64,000 bases of DNA from Alkalispirochaeta sp. (GCA_965242725.1 CBDESZ010000025.1:256001-320000); one strand, 5' to 3'; counted from the first letter of the stretch, positions 21,147-32,837 are shown. Translations and numbers: made by a program. The notes: generated from the sequence alone by a model not told the origin.

Positions 21147-21668
21147 ATGAACAGGGATGAACGAGTCTTTTTCGAGACAGTATACAGTGATGTCTTTCCG
21201 ATCCTCTTCAAGGTTGTCTATCGGATCCTCGGAGACAGGGAGAGCGCGGAGGAGGTGTGTCACGACGCATTCATCCGTTTTTATCAGCACAGCACCTCTC
21301 TCCCTGATGTGGCGCAGGCAAAATACTGGCTTCTGCGGGTGGGAAAGAACCTCTCCTACAACGTCTCGAAACGCCGTGGCCGTGAAGCCATGGCAAATCA
21401 ACGGATGTGGCATGAACCGCAACGAGTCGATGACAATGGTGACGTCAAATTACTTAAAGAAGAGACGGCGCAAATCGTCCACCGCGCCGTCAATGATCTT
21501 CCCCGGAGCCTGCGGGACGTGATTGTCCTCAAGGAATACGGCGGGCTCTCGTACGGAGAGATCGCCGAGACGCTCGGAATCAGTATTGCGAATGTAAAAG
21601 TACGGGTCCATCGTGCCCGTACGCGCCTGGCAGAGAAATTGGAGGAAGGCGATGTTCACATACCGTAA
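21147..21668 (+). CDS. ECF RNA polymerase sigma factor
   Basis: AEEVCHDAF, WLLRVGKN, GLSYGEIAETLGISIANVKVRVHRAR. Confidence 0.92.
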   Translation: MNRDERVFFETVYSDVFPILFKVVYRILGDRESAEEVCHDAFIRFYQHSTSLPDVAQAKYWLLRVGKNLSYNVSKRRGREAMANQRMWHEPQRVDDNGDVKLLKEETAQIVHRAVNDLPRSLRDVIVLKEYGGLSYGEIAETLGISIANVKVRVHRARTRLAEKLEEGDVHIP

Positions 21669-22293
21669 AAAAGTTCGGCACGATACCGCCTTGTCACGAT
21701 TTATTGACGGGGAGATGCTTCATCATGAACGGGACGCGACGATGCGCCGTATGGAATCGGATGAGACGGTGATCGAGGAATATCGGCGGCTCCGCCGATT
21801 GTCTGAAGTACTTTCCCGACCCGTGGACGGATCGATCGTTTCCGCAGCGGCCGAACGGGTGCACCAGCGGCTGGAATGGGACCTGAGGAGAGAAGGTTCG
21901 GTGAAACATCTCTCCTTTCCTACCCGCTGGTGGCGAGAGTCCGTCACCCTACCCATACCGATCGTCTCTGCGGCGGCACTGCTGCTGATTGTCATGGCGG
22001 TCGGTCTCATCGTTCTGCCGATCGTCCCCCGTCAGGAGGAACGGTCAATCGCCGATCTCGCCGATTCCCGTTTACCCCTGAATGTGCAGGTGCAGGTGGG
22101 CAGTACGGAAAGTGACCTGCTCATGCGGTGGTTGAATGAGCAGAACGAAGTGGGGCACGTTACGATCGAGCTGCCCGACTACGGCGAATTCCGGCTTCAT
22201 GGTGAGCCGGTACTGATCCGACCCGGCTTCAATGAACCCTCATCGGGACAGGAAAAGTTCGAACTCGTTCCTTTGGAGGCGCGTCAGGAATGA
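21652..22293 (+). CDS. Putative anti-sigma factor (single TM)
   Basis: LSRFIDGEM anti-sigma-like N-terminus, one TM helix, overlaps the ECF sigma stop. Confidence 0.7.
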   Translation: MFTYRKKVRHDTALSRFIDGEMLHHERDATMRRMESDETVIEEYRRLRRLSEVLSRPVDGSIVSAAAERVHQRLEWDLRREGSVKHLSFPTRWWRESVTLPIPIVSAAALLLIVMAVGLIVLPIVPRQEERSIADLADSRLPLNVQVQVGSTESDLLMRWLNEQNEVGHVTIELPDYGEFRLHGEPVLIRPGFNEPSSGQEKFELVPLEARQE

Positions 22294-22840
22294 CAAGGCG
22301 TGTTGCGACACTTCCTTCAATGACGATTCCTTCCCCCCGGTTCCTGTTTCTTTTTATCGTTCTCTTTGTTGCAGGTGGTGTTTCAGTGCCTTTTGCCCAG
22401 CAGGACGGGAAACCGGGCGAAATTGACGAATCGCTGAACGAGCTGCTGGAAGGGGCGCTGGAAATACGCATCACCGCACGCATCATTGACGAAGACGAAA
22501 ACGTCGAAGTCTGGAATATGCACGTTACCCGCGTTACCATCGGCGGACGCTCGGTGAGCGTACAAATGGAAGGAAGCAATCTTCGGGTCTTTGCGGAGTT
22601 CACTCCTTACTGGGAAAACGACCAGGAGCTCCTGATCGTGGCACAGGGTCAGACATGGATTGAACACGGTACCGGCACAACGCCGCAATACCGTACGGCT
22701 TTCAATACGCTGCCCGTGCGCCTGGGCGAACCGATCATTTTTCTCCCCCCTCGGGGGAACGACACATACCGGTTGACACGGATAGATACGGAAGGCTCAA
22801 TATTGAGCTTGAGATCAACGTGGAGCGGTATCAGTCCTGA
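22290..22840 (+). CDS. Exported hypothetical protein, apparent frameshift in C6/G5 runs at 22745-22757
   Basis: Signal peptide; restoring the frame gives ...FLPLGERHIPVDTDRYGRLNIELEINVERYQS* ending at 22840, just before the next start at 22843. Confidence 0.6.
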
Positions 22841-22842
22841 GT

Positions 22843-24469
22843 TTGAAACGACATTCATTTATTCTACCCATCGCGATAACCCTCGTTCTCCTTGCCGCCG
22901 CGGTATTTGCGTTATGGTCCGCTCAGCGTCCGCCGGCCGTTCAATATGTCGATCCCGATTTGGCGGCTCCCGGTGCAGCCGTCACCGTTGCGGGACGCGG
23001 TTTCCGTGATTCAGGGCGCCTCGAGATCGACGGTCGGCCCGTCGGGACGCACCTCATTCGCCGATGGAACGACTCCCTCATCATTTTTTCGGTCGGTGAG
23101 GCGACGCGCAGCGGGCTGTTGCGTGTCATCACCGCGGAGGGTGAAAGCAACGCCGTATTTTTCACCGCCGCCGAGGATCTGCCCCGTCGTATTGACCGGC
23201 AGTCGGTCGTCATTGATGACATTCAACCCGGACGACGAGCCGCCGTCGGAACGGTGGTTCGTCTTGTCGGGTCCGGATTCGGTCCGCCCGTCGGTGAAGG
23301 GGGGCTGGTCTTCCGTGGAGATGAGGGAGAGTACCGTCTTGCCGCGGTGAGTCCGTGGTTTTACCGGTGGACCGACGAGTATATTGAACTGCTTTTGCCC
23401 GACGACCTCCCGTCCGGGGAGTACGTCGTATCTCTCCGCTCCGGCGGTGGACGTCGCTTTGTGGTGGAACCCCGCAGGGGAACGCCGGAGCTCGGTGATC
23501 AGCGGGGATTTACAATCCAACAGGGTGTCACCGTTTCAGGAATAGCGGCAGGGGCGGGTGGAGTGCTCCCGCGGCCTCCCGGTCGTGTCGAACAGCCCCG
23601 GCCGCAGCTACTGAGGGAGACCTCTCCCGGCCGGCCTCACGGGGATACCGTCATGTATGACTTCCCGACACCGCCCGCCTCCGAGGAAGATGAAAACGCG
23701 GGGGGTGGCCGGTGTTCGCCGTGTCGACTTCGTTCGCAGGCGCAGTGTCACGTGGAGGCTGGACGGCGCGATCGATTCGCGACTTCTGCTGGACCCGATC
23801 TTTCGCGAACACTTTGCTCCATACCTGCGCCTCCCGCCGTCGGACGGGGAGTACGTGGCTGCGGTGGCGGAACTGCGGAGACGGAACATCAATCTTGCCT
23901 CCGACGCCGCCACGATCGCACGGCGGGTTCACCAGACGGTCATCAACACCCTTGAGGTCCCGTCATCCCCGGAGGGCGACGGAGCAGGCGTTGACGACAT
24001 GGTTGCCGCTATGAACGGTGAGAGTGCTGCGCCGGAGCTGTATGCGGAACTGGCGGTCATGCTTGGACGATTGTCCGGCGTGCCTACCCGCCGGGTCTAC
24101 GGTTTTTTGATCGACGATGCCGGGGCGGCTGTCGAACACCGCTGGGTCGAGTTCTTTCTCCCCTCCGTCGGATGGATACCCGGGGATCCCCTCCTTGGTG
24201 ACGGCGCGTATTCATGGCGGATTACCGGATTGGACCGGTACTATGGAGACGATCTCCAGGGAGGTACCTTCGGTTCCCTCGACAACCGGCGTATTGCCCT
24301 CCATATCGAGGGAGCCCTTCCCGACCGGATCCACCCCGGCGGAGCGCGTGTGGAACCGGAAAACTCGTACGCACCTGGGGCGTTGCACATTGAATTTCCG
24401 ACCACCGACGTCCCGGACGGCGTCTCGGTGCATTGGGATTTCCCGATCGTATCAGTTCAGTTCAATTGA
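22843..24469 (+). CDS. IPT/TIG-repeat + transglutaminase-like protein, apparent +1 frameshift at G6 23700-23705
   Basis: Two IPT repeats (V.V.GRGF...W.D..I) in ORF 22843; transglutaminase motifs GVPTR, HRWVEFF..GWIPGDP in ORF 23657; removing one G joins them. Confidence 0.75.
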
Positions 24470-24502
24470 CAGCGCTATTCCTTTTGCCTATGCTCGATTC
24501 AT

Positions 24503-25798
24503 ATGGAAAGCGCGCTGCAGAAGGTTGATCCCGAACTCTTTGAAGTGGTTCAGCGAGAAGAACGCCGGCAACTTGAAAAGCTGGAACTCATCGCTAGTGA
24601 AAATTTCACCAGTAACGCCGTGCTCCAGGCGGCCGGAACGGTTCTCACCAACAAGTACGCCGAAGGCTATCCGGGCAAGCGATACTACGGCGGGTGCGAG
24701 TATGTGGACCAGGCGGAAAACCTGGCCCGAGACCGGGCGTGTGAACTTTTTCACGCCGACCACGCGAATGTGCAACCCCATTCGGGAAGTCAGGCAAATC
24801 TGGCAGTCTATGTCACCCTGTTGAAACCGGGCGATACGATTCTCGGAATGGACCTCGCCCACGGGGGACATCTCACCCACGGATCCCCCCACAACATTTC
24901 CGGAAAGCTCTACAATATCGTCGGATACGGCGTTGACCGTTCCTCCGAGCGGATCGACTACGATCAGGTCGCCGAACTCGCGCGCAAGCACTCCCCGCGG
25001 CTGATCATAGCCGGCGCGTCGGCGTACCCCCGGACAATCGATTTTGCCCGTTTCCGTGAAATTGCCGACGATGTCGGTGCGTATTTCATGACCGATATGG
25101 CTCATATCGCAGGTCTCGTCGCTTCGGGGGACCATCCTTCTCCCGTTCCGTACGCTCATTTCACGACGACCACGACGCACAAGACGCTGCGGGGCCCCCG
25201 GGGAGGACTGATTCTCATAGGCAAAGACGGGGAAAACACGATGGGTGCGGTAGCCCCCAAATCGGGGCGGACCAAGCGCTGGTCGGAACTTCTCGATTCC
25301 GCGGTCATGCCGGGTATACAGGGCGGTCCTCTGATGCATATCATTGCGGCAAAAGCCGTTGCCTTCCGTGAAGCCCTTCAGGACTCCTTCAAATCGTATC
25401 AGAAACAGATCGTCAAAAACGCCCAGGCCCTTGCCTCACACCTGACTGACGGCGGATTGCGCCTCGTGTCGGGGGGAACCGACAACCACCTGATGCTTGT
25501 CGATGTGAGTTCCCTTGGCATTACCGGGAAGGAGGCGGAAACGCTCCTTGATCACGCCAACATCACCTGCAACAAGAACGGCATCCCCTTCGACACAAAG
25601 AGTCCGCTTGTAACATCGGGGATCAGGCTTGGAACACCCGCCTTGACGACGCGAGGCATGAAGGAGAGTGATATGGAATTTGTTGCCCACGCGATACTTG
25701 AAGTTCTTCGGAACCCGGCGGATGAGGGGAAGATAGACGAGGTAAAAGGAAAAGTCCGGGAGTTTTGCAGCGCTTTTCCCCTAAATGTCTCAAATTGA
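24503..25798 (+). CDS. glyA: Serine hydroxymethyltransferase
   Basis: [49 protein letters not shown]. Confidence 0.98.
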   Translation: MESALQKVDPELFEVVQREERRQLEKLELIASENFTSNAVLQAAGTVLTNKYAEGYPGKRYYGGCEYVDQAENLARDRACELFHADHANVQPHSGSQANLAVYVTLLKPGDTILGMDLAHGGHLTHGSPHNISGKLYNIVGYGVDRSSERIDYDQVAELARKHSPRLIIAGASAYPRTIDFARFREIADDVGAYFMTDMAHIAGLVASGDHPSPVPYAHFTTTTTHKTLRGPRGGLILIGKDGENTMGAVAPKSGRTKRWSELLDSAVMPGIQGGPLMHIIAAKAVAFREALQDSFKSYQKQIVKNAQALASHLTDGGLRLVSGGTDNHLMLVDVSSLGITGKEAETLLDHANITCNKNGIPFDTKSPLVTSGIRLGTPALTTRGMKESDMEFVAHAILEVLRNPADEGKIDEVKGKVREFCSAFPLNVSN

Positions 25799-25845
25799 CA
25801 ATTATCTACACGGTACCTATACTAAGCCAATAGGATAGTCCTGAG

Positions 25846-27071
25846 ATGTCGACACCCCTTCACCTGACAATCGTAAACTTCAAAAAGGGCGCGTACATTG
25901 TCGTTGAAGGCAAGCCCAACGCCGACAATTTCTTCATCATTCGTGCAGGCAAGATTCAAATCAGCAAGGAAGTGGAGGTCGTCCAGGAAGAGGGCGGCAA
26001 CGTTCTCGGGCCGGGCGATTTTTTCGGTGTCGTCGCGGCAATGTCCCAGCACAGTCAAATTGAAACGGCACAGGCGTTGACGGACTGCTCTCTCATATCG
26101 GTCAACCGCGATAAATTCGGCGATCTCATCGTGAAAAACACCCCGGTGGCGATGAAAATCATCGAGGGTTTCTCCCGACGGATGCGGTACCTCGACGCAG
26201 CCCTCGCACGGATAACGCTGAAACAGAGCCAGGAACCGGACCTGGAACATCTCTTTTACGTGGGTGAGTTCTACGCAAAGCAGAGCCAATACAATCAGGC
26301 CCATTACGCATACCATCAGTATCTGCGGTTATGTCCCGACGGACCAAATGTGGAGAAGGGCGCGGGAACGGCTGGAGAAGATTGAGCCCTACTCAAAGGC
26401 GGTCTATCTTGAAGGCAGCGAGACCGAGTTTACCCGCAACTATCCCAAGAATACGATGATCTTTTCCGAGGTGATGCCCGGCGCGGAGCTCTACATTATT
26501 CAGAAAGGTTCGGTAAAGATCACGAAAGTGGTAAACGATTCCGAAGTCCTCCTGGCGGTGTTGAAACCTGGCGATATATTCGGGGAAATGTCCCTCATTG
26601 AGGACAAGCCACGCTCGGCGTCGGCGATCGCCTATGAAGATACGCAGTTGCTGGCGGTCAACAAGGAAAACTTTTCCCGTATGGTTTCGACCCAGCCTCA
26701 AATCATAACGCGGTTGACACAGATTCTTGCGGAAACGGATCTGGTTTATCTACAAGCAGCTCGCCAACACGCTCCTGTCGGACAGCCTCGGCCGGTTGTA
26801 TGACGGTCTGCTCATTCAGCTGGAGCGAAATCGCGTGCCGATCCGCTCGGGCGAGTCATATACCTTCGACTTCGGGACCAAGGAACTGATAAACCTCGTC
26901 GGCATGCCCATGGCCGAGGGACGCCAGGCGCTGCGGGATTTGCTGAAGAACAGCCGGATCAAGGCGTTGGACAACAAAATACACATTACTGATATTGAAG
27001 AAGTGGAAAAACAGGCGAAGTACTATCGCAAGATGCAGAAAATTGAGCGCTCGCGGAAATACAACGCCTGA
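25846..27071 (+). CDS. Tandem cyclic-nucleotide-binding (Crp/Fnr-like) protein with TPR; two apparent +1 frameshifts (~26359, ~26734)
   Basis: cNMP domains (LGPGDFFG; LKPGDIFGEMSLIEDKPRSASA) split over ORFs 25846, 26264 and 26727; deleting one G and one A gives a single frame. Confidence 0.8.
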
Positions 27072-27105
27072 CACACTGCCCACGGCACGTATCTAGAGAA
27101 CCGGA

Positions 27106-28020
27106 ATGAAACAGAAAACTTTTCTCACCGACGCTTTACTATTAACAACGGCCTCTATTTGGGGATTCGCCTTCGTCGCCCAGCGGGTTGGGATGGACCA
27201 TATCGGACCGTTTACCTACAAACGGTATTCGCTTTCTTCTGGGAGCGGGGTGTTCTCGTTCCCGTCGCTCTGCGTATGCGTTCCCTTGCGCCGTCGGCGG
27301 TGTTGCCCACATTGCGGGGAAGTGTCCTCGCCGGCGTGGCGCTCTTTGTTGCGGCGAGTCTCCAGCAGATCGGTCTCGTCTATACCACCGCGGGAAACGC
27401 CGGTTTTATAACGGGATTGTACGTGGTCCTTGTACCGGTCATCGGTATCGGCCGACGGCAGCAAATCGGCATCGGCCGCTGGGCCGCCGTCCTCCTTGCG
27501 GCGGCAGGGCTCTATCTTTTAAGTGTGACCCGGGAGTTTACGGTCAATCCCGGAGATATCTTTGTCGTCGGAAGTGCCCTCTTTTTTGCGATCCACGTCC
27601 AACTCATCGACCACCTCGCGCCGCGTCACTCTCGCGCTCTGGCTTTCTCTCATGCAGTATATCGTCGTCGGGATTTTCAGCATCGTCGTGGGGACTCGTG
27701 ATGGAGCCATGGGAACTCCAGGCGCTGCGTGGGGCATTGCCCGCGATCGTGTACGGCGGTATCGGATCGATCTCTATCGCCTATACGCTGCAGGTAATCG
27801 CGCAGAAAAAGGCGGAACCGAGCCACGCCGCAGTCATTTTAAAGTCTTGAAGGCAGCTTTGCCGCCCTCGGGGGATGGCTCATTCTCGGCGAGATTCTTA
27901 CGCTCCGGGCACTTGCAGGTTGTGGATTGCTCCTGGCCGGGATGGTTCTTTCCCAGTTTTTCCGGCTTCCGCCGGAGAAGGAAGATCGTCGCCGTCGCAC
28001 CGACGGGCGCCGTCGAGTAG
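27106..28020 (+). CDS. DMT/EamA-family transporter, multiple apparent frameshifts (end approximate)
   Basis: IWGFAFVAQRVGM, QQIGLVYTTAGNAGFITGLYVV, IAYTLQVIAQK, LSLEGSFAALGG distributed across frames. Confidence 0.75.
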
Positions 28021-28035
28021 GGTCCGGGACGAGCC

Positions 28036-29294
28036 ATGGACTCAACGACCCGCGCATACGGACAGCGACGGTTTCGCCTCTTCTGGATCCTGAACGCCGT
28101 TCCCGTCGCATTCCTCCTTGACGACATTCTTGTCCTTTACGGGATTCGGAACGGTTTACCCGAACCCGCTCTTGCGGCGGTTGTCTCATTTGTTCCCCTG
28201 ACGATGCCCCTTCATGCTCCTTGGCCGGTATTTCACCGCCCGTTGGGGGTTGTCCGGCGGATGGGTCCGGGCGTACATCATTCGATATCTGGCGGTTCTC
28301 GTTCTCGCGGCGGTCCCCTTTCTCTCGCAGCAGGACCATCGTACCGCGCTGTTCATCGGTGGAGCTTTTATCTTTGCGATGTTTCGCGCCGTGGGGGTGA
28401 TCAATATGCACCCCCTCAATGGGGAAATCACCACCGACGAGGACCGGGGCGCCGCTATCTCCACACCAATTTCGCACTGTATAACGTGACGTACATCATT
28501 GCGGTGGTGACGACGATAGTTGCCACCCGCTACTTTGCATCGACCTGGATTTATCAGGGAATGATCATCTTTGCCGTCCTCATCGGGTTCATATCTCTCT
28601 TTGCCCTGAGAGGCGTTCCCGAATCGGGGGAGGGTAGGGCGGGCGGCGAACGAACCGTTCATCCCCCTCCTTAAGGCGGTCCGCCGGGAGATCAGACTGG
28701 GCGTTCTCATTCCGGCGTGGGCGGGGGGACAGATGGCATTCGGCATGGTCATACCCTTTGCGGTAATGCTGCTGAAAAACGGCTACGGCATAGACGACTA
28801 TGCGGCGCTGTTTTTTACCCTCCTGACCCTTGTCGGGAGTGTCGCCAGCGGCATCCTGAACCGTCGGATCACCGCCCGTCTCGATCCGGACCGGCTGGTG
28901 GTCGCATACGTCGGTGTCCCTCGTCGGCCTTGCCGGTTTCTGGGCCTTTGCGCCGGGGAGAATCGTCTATCCCCTCGTCGGCGCTGCGTTCTTCCTCGGC
29001 GGAATTTCCCGGGCGGGCATCATCGTGTCCCTCCAGCACCATCTCATTTCCCGCAATCGTCCGGAACACCGTATGCACGTGTCCCTGCTCGTGGAACTTA
29101 CCGGTTCCGCGGTATCGGGCCTTTCCGGCACGGTCATAGGGGGACTCCTCCTGCAGTTTTTCGGCGAACGAATGTCGGGGATCGATGTGTACCACGCATA
29201 TTTCCGTGTCATCTTCTTCCTTCTCCTGGGGGCGCTCTTTTTTGTTGCCCGGATCGGGCAAGACCGGGCAAGACTCAATAAAGAGATGCATTGA
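28036..29294 (+). CDS. MFS-like membrane protein, multiple apparent frameshifts
   Basis: Successive hydrophobic segments in ORFs 28036, 28214, 28733 and 28914 that join by single-base shifts. Confidence 0.55.
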
Positions 29295-29332
29295 CCCTTG
29301 CGGGCGCGCCGTTGTGCAGTTACACTTCCGCC

Positions 29333-29974
29333 ATGCCGAAGACGTACGAAGGTCTCGCCGATCGTCTCACTCCGGAAAGCATGATCGATCTGAGATCGGA
29401 TGCCCGGACGCGGCGCGTCATCTTTGTGGTGCGCATGATCGCCGTCGTCTTTTTTGTGCCCCTCTTTGCAGGGATACCACTTACATTCCGGCATGCATCG
29501 GGGTTTGATCCGGCGCTGTTATGGAGTCTCGGACTTGGCGAACGGTCGGGTATCGTCTCCTTCCTTGTCCTGGCGGTTATCGCGGAGGCGGGGGCGCTTG
29601 TTCACGAAGGTATACGGGCCGGGGTCGTACGGTTCTGGGGGAATGGGAGTGTCACCTTTGCCTTTGACGGCGTCGCGCCACGGATCTCTGCCCCCGATAC
29701 TGTGCTATCCAGGAAGGTCGCAATCGCCGTATCGGCGGCACCGTTCCTGATCGTTTCAACGGTGGGACTGGTTGCACTCCTCATCGTTCCGGATCGCATC
29801 GTTCCGTGGGTCTTTCTGCCGACGGTTATTCACAACGTCATCGGTGCATCAGACTTTGTCGTCGTCGCATGGCTTGTGGGAATCGACGGAACGTCACCGG
29901 TGCGTCTTCTGTCGGACGGGTGGGTCGCCTACGGCTTTGACGGGAAGTCGGCGGCGTCCAGAAAAAAGAAATAA
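29333..29974 (+). CDS. DUF3267-like membrane zincin-family protein (metal motif degenerate)
   Basis: LVHEGIRA, APFLIVS, HNVIGASDF pattern; TM helices; promoter TTGCGG-17-TACACT places the start at 29333. Confidence 0.6.
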   Translation: MPKTYEGLADRLTPESMIDLRSDARTRRVIFVVRMIAVVFFVPLFAGIPLTFRHASGFDPALLWSLGLGERSGIVSFLVLAVIAEAGALVHEGIRAGVVRFWGNGSVTFAFDGVAPRISAPDTVLSRKVAIAVSAAPFLIVSTVGLVALLIVPDRIVPWVFLPTVIHNVIGASDFVVVAWLVGIDGTSPVRLLSDGWVAYGFDGKSAASRKKK

Positions 29975-30021
29975 GAAGCAATATACAACGTACATATAGA
30001 GCCAACACAGGGAGGATTTGA

Positions 30022-31338
30022 ATGAGTGTTATCGTAAGCAAGTTCGGCGGAAGCTCCGTCGCCGATGCGAACCAGATCAGAAAAGTGGTGAAAATCGTCG
30101 GAAGCGATGCGCGACGCCGGGTCGTCGTCGTTTCAGCGCCGGGAAAACGATCGAAGAGTGATGAGAAGATCACCGATATTCTCATTTCGTGCCACGCTCT
30201 CGCAGCGAGGGGCGAGGATTTTCGCGGTCGCTTTGCCCTGATCCGGGAGCGATATAATGAAATCGCCGCCGATCTCGGTCTGGGGTCGGATTTTGAACCG
30301 GTACTTGACGAAGTAGAAGAGAATATCGCCGCAGGTGCGGATCAGAGTGCCGTGGTGTCGCGGGGAGAATACCTCGGGGCACGGCTTATCGCCCGTTATA
30401 TGGAATCTGAGTTTGTCGATGCGGCGGAGCTTATCCGGTTTCAGGATTCCACAACGGTGGACGACGGTACGACGGACGAGCTGATTCGCAAGCGTATTTC
30501 CGACGGGGGAACCTACGTCATTCCAGGCTTTTATGGCGCCCATGGGGACGGGCGGGTCCAGCTTTTCACCCGGGGCGGATCGGACATTTCCGCCTCCCTC
30601 GTTGCACGGGCGCTGGATGCGGAACTCTATGAAAACTGGACCGATGTTTCCGGGCTCCTCTCCGCAGACCCCCGGGTTGTCGACGCTCCCGCCCCCATCA
30701 GCGAGGTCAGCTACCATGAACTGCGGGAGCTTGCATATCTGGGGGCCAATGTTTTTCACGACGAGGCGGTTGCGCCCGTGGCGGACCGGGACATTCCCAT
30801 CAATATTCGCAATACAAACAAACCGGACCATCCGGGAACGATGATTCTCTCCCGCGCCAAGGCGTCTCCCCGGGCGCGCGGCAGCAGAACCGGCGTCGCC
30901 GGAAAAACGGGGTTTTCCGGCATCGTCATTCGCCGCTCCATGTTGAGCAAGATCGCCGATTTTCCCGTTCAGCTTGGATCCCTCCTGGGCGAAAAGGGAA
31001 TACGCATGCATCACTGCGCACTGGGGAGCGATTCGGCGACGGCGATCGTCGAAACGGCGGCGCTGGACGCAGCGGGTGAATCGGTTCTTGAGGAGATCAG
31101 GACGCTGTTTACGGCCCTCAGCGTCGAAAAAAGCGTCCCCTACGCCCTGATCGGTGCGGTGGGTGAGGATCTTGCCGTTCTTCCCGCGTCGCTGGGGCGC
31201 GTCCTCACCGCCTTTGGAGAGGCAGGGGTGCCGGTTCACTTCATTTCAAGCGGGTACTCAACGAGCAGTTTCCTCATCGCCGTCGATGAAGAGCGGTATG
31301 AGGAGTCCATCCGTCTCCTTTATACGGCGACCTCATAA
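30022..31338 (+). CDS. lysC: Aspartate kinase (YclM/LysC-type, C-terminal ACT domains)
   Basis: SKFGGSSVAD, VVSAPGKR, SRGEYL, RGGSDIS, ENWTDVSG..ADPR; GGAGG SD. Confidence 0.9.
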   Translation: MSVIVSKFGGSSVADANQIRKVVKIVGSDARRRVVVVSAPGKRSKSDEKITDILISCHALAARGEDFRGRFALIRERYNEIAADLGLGSDFEPVLDEVEENIAAGADQSAVVSRGEYLGARLIARYMESEFVDAAELIRFQDSTTVDDGTTDELIRKRISDGGTYVIPGFYGAHGDGRVQLFTRGGSDISASLVARALDAELYENWTDVSGLLSADPRVVDAPAPISEVSYHELRELAYLGANVFHDEAVAPVADRDIPINIRNTNKPDHPGTMILSRAKASPRARGSRTGVAGKTGFSGIVIRRSMLSKIADFPVQLGSLLGEKGIRMHHCALGSDSATAIVETAALDAAGESVLEEIRTLFTALSVEKSVPYALIGAVGEDLAVLPASLGRVLTAFGEAGVPVHFISSGYSTSSFLIAVDEERYEESIRLLYTATS

Positions 31339-31424
31339 CGGCGGTCCGCCGGTGGCGTCCGCGCCCTGCCTGATGGGGGGACGCCGTAGCGGGAGCGAGA
31401 GGCGCGCTCTGTCCAGGAACGTAT

Positions 31425-31462
31425 AAAAAAGGCTGTCCGGAACTTCCGGACAGCCTTTTTTT
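31425..31462. terminator. Bidirectional intrinsic terminator between aspartate kinase and gdhA
   Basis: A6-GGCTGTCCGGA-ACT-TCCGGACAGCC-T7. Confidence 0.9.
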
Positions 31463-31502
31463 AAGAGTTTTCTGAGCTCTGGACGTTTCCCGTTGGGAAT
31501 CC

Positions 31503-32837
31503 TCAGAAGCCCATGTCGATCATCGTATCGGCAACGCGGCGGAAACCGGCGATGTTGGCACCCCGTACGTAGTCGACGTTGTCGCCCTTCGTACCCTCTT
31601 TGACGCAGTTCGCGTGGATCGTCTTCATGATCAGCTGCAGTTTCTCATCAACCTCTTCCGCCGTCCATGCAAGTTTCATGGAGTTCTGGGACATTTCAAG
31701 CCCCGATACGGCGACACCCCCGGCGTTGGCTGCCTTGCCCGGTGCGAAGGGCACACCGGCGTGCTGGATGTTCTCGACCGCTTCCGGCGTGCAGCCCATG
31801 TTGGAGGTTTCCACAACGTAGGTCACACCGTTTTTCAGCAGCGTGGCGGCGTCGTCGCCGTTGAGCTCATTTTGAATCGCGCAGGGCATGGCGACATCGA
31901 CGGGGACTTCCCAGGGTTTCCTGCCGGCCACGAAGGTTGCGCCGAACTTCCTTGCGTACGGTTCCACGACGTCGTTGTTGGAGGCGCGCAGCTGAAGGAG
32001 GTAGTTGAACTTCTCCTCCGTGTTTATGCCCTTTTCGTCGAGGATGTATCCGTCCGGCCCGGAGATGGTGACAACTTTTGCGCCGAGTTCCGTCGCTTTC
32101 ATAATGGAACCCCACGCGACGTTTCCAAAGCCTGAAACGGAAATCTTCTTTCCCGCGAGGGCGTCGTTGCGACGCTGCACCATTTCGTTGAGAAAGTAGA
32201 CGGCGCCGAATCCCGTCGCTTCCGGTCGTATTAACGAACCGCCCCAGTTCCGGTTTTTGCCGGTGAGGACGCCCACGTGGTCGCTGCGGAGGCGCTTCCA
32301 CTGGCCGTAGAGGAATCCGATCTCACGGGCGCCGACACCGATATCCCCGGCGGGGACGTCAAGTTCCGGACCGATATACTTCTGGAGCTCCGTCATAAAC
32401 GCCTTTGAAAAGCGCATGATCTCATTGTCCGATTTTCCCTTGGGATTGAAGTCTGAACCGCCCTTGCCTCCTCCGAGGGGCAGACCGGTCAGGCTGTTCT
32501 TGAAGATCTGTTCAAATCCGAGAAATTTCAGTCCCCCCAGGGTGACGCTGGGGTGAAACCGGAGCCCCCCTTTATACGGGCCAAGGGCGTTGTTAAACTG
32601 TACACGATATCCCCGATTGACGTGGAGGTCGCCGTTGTCGTCTTCCCATTCCACCTTGAAGGTGATGACCCGATCGGGCTCGGTGATTCGGTCGAGGATC
32701 TTTGCCCCGAGGTAGGCGGGATTGGTATTTACCACATCGATAATGGATTCAACAACCTCTTCTGCCGCCTGCACAAACTCCGGCTGAGCGGGATTCCGTT
32801 GTTCCAGTTCCGCAATGAACGTCTTCAAATCATACAT
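31503..32837 (-). CDS. gdhA: NADP-specific glutamate dehydrogenase
   Basis: GPYKGGLRFHP, GGGKGGSDF, DVPAGDIGVG, RPEATG, KAANAGGVA; SD AAGGAG before ATG 32837. Confidence 0.97.
   Translation of the reverse strand: MYDLKTFIAELEQRNPAQPEFVQAAEEVVESIIDVVNTNPAYLGAKILDRITEPDRVITFKVEWEDDNGDLHVNRGYRVQFNNALGPYKGGLRFHPSVTLGGLKFLGFEQIFKNSLTGLPLGGGKGGSDFNPKGKSDNEIMRFSKAFMTELQKYIGPELDVPAGDIGVGAREIGFLYGQWKRLRSDHVGVLTGKNRNWGGSLIRPEATGFGAVYFLNEMVQRRNDALAGKKISVSGFGNVAWGSIMKATELGAKVVTISGPDGYILDEKGINTEEKFNYLLQLRASNNDVVEPYARKFGATFVAGRKPWEVPVDVAMPCAIQNELNGDDAATLLKNGVTYVVETSNMGCTPEAVENIQHAGVPFAPGKAANAGGVAVSGLEMSQNSMKLAWTAEEVDEKLQLIMKTIHANCVKEGTKGDNVDYVRGANIAGFRRVADTMIDMGF

Noticed and set aside
22745..29000. Programmed frameshifting or phase variation
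   Set aside because: Most runs are only 3-6 nt, shifts are numerous and nearly all +1, and they affect unrelated adjacent genes, which is an error signature
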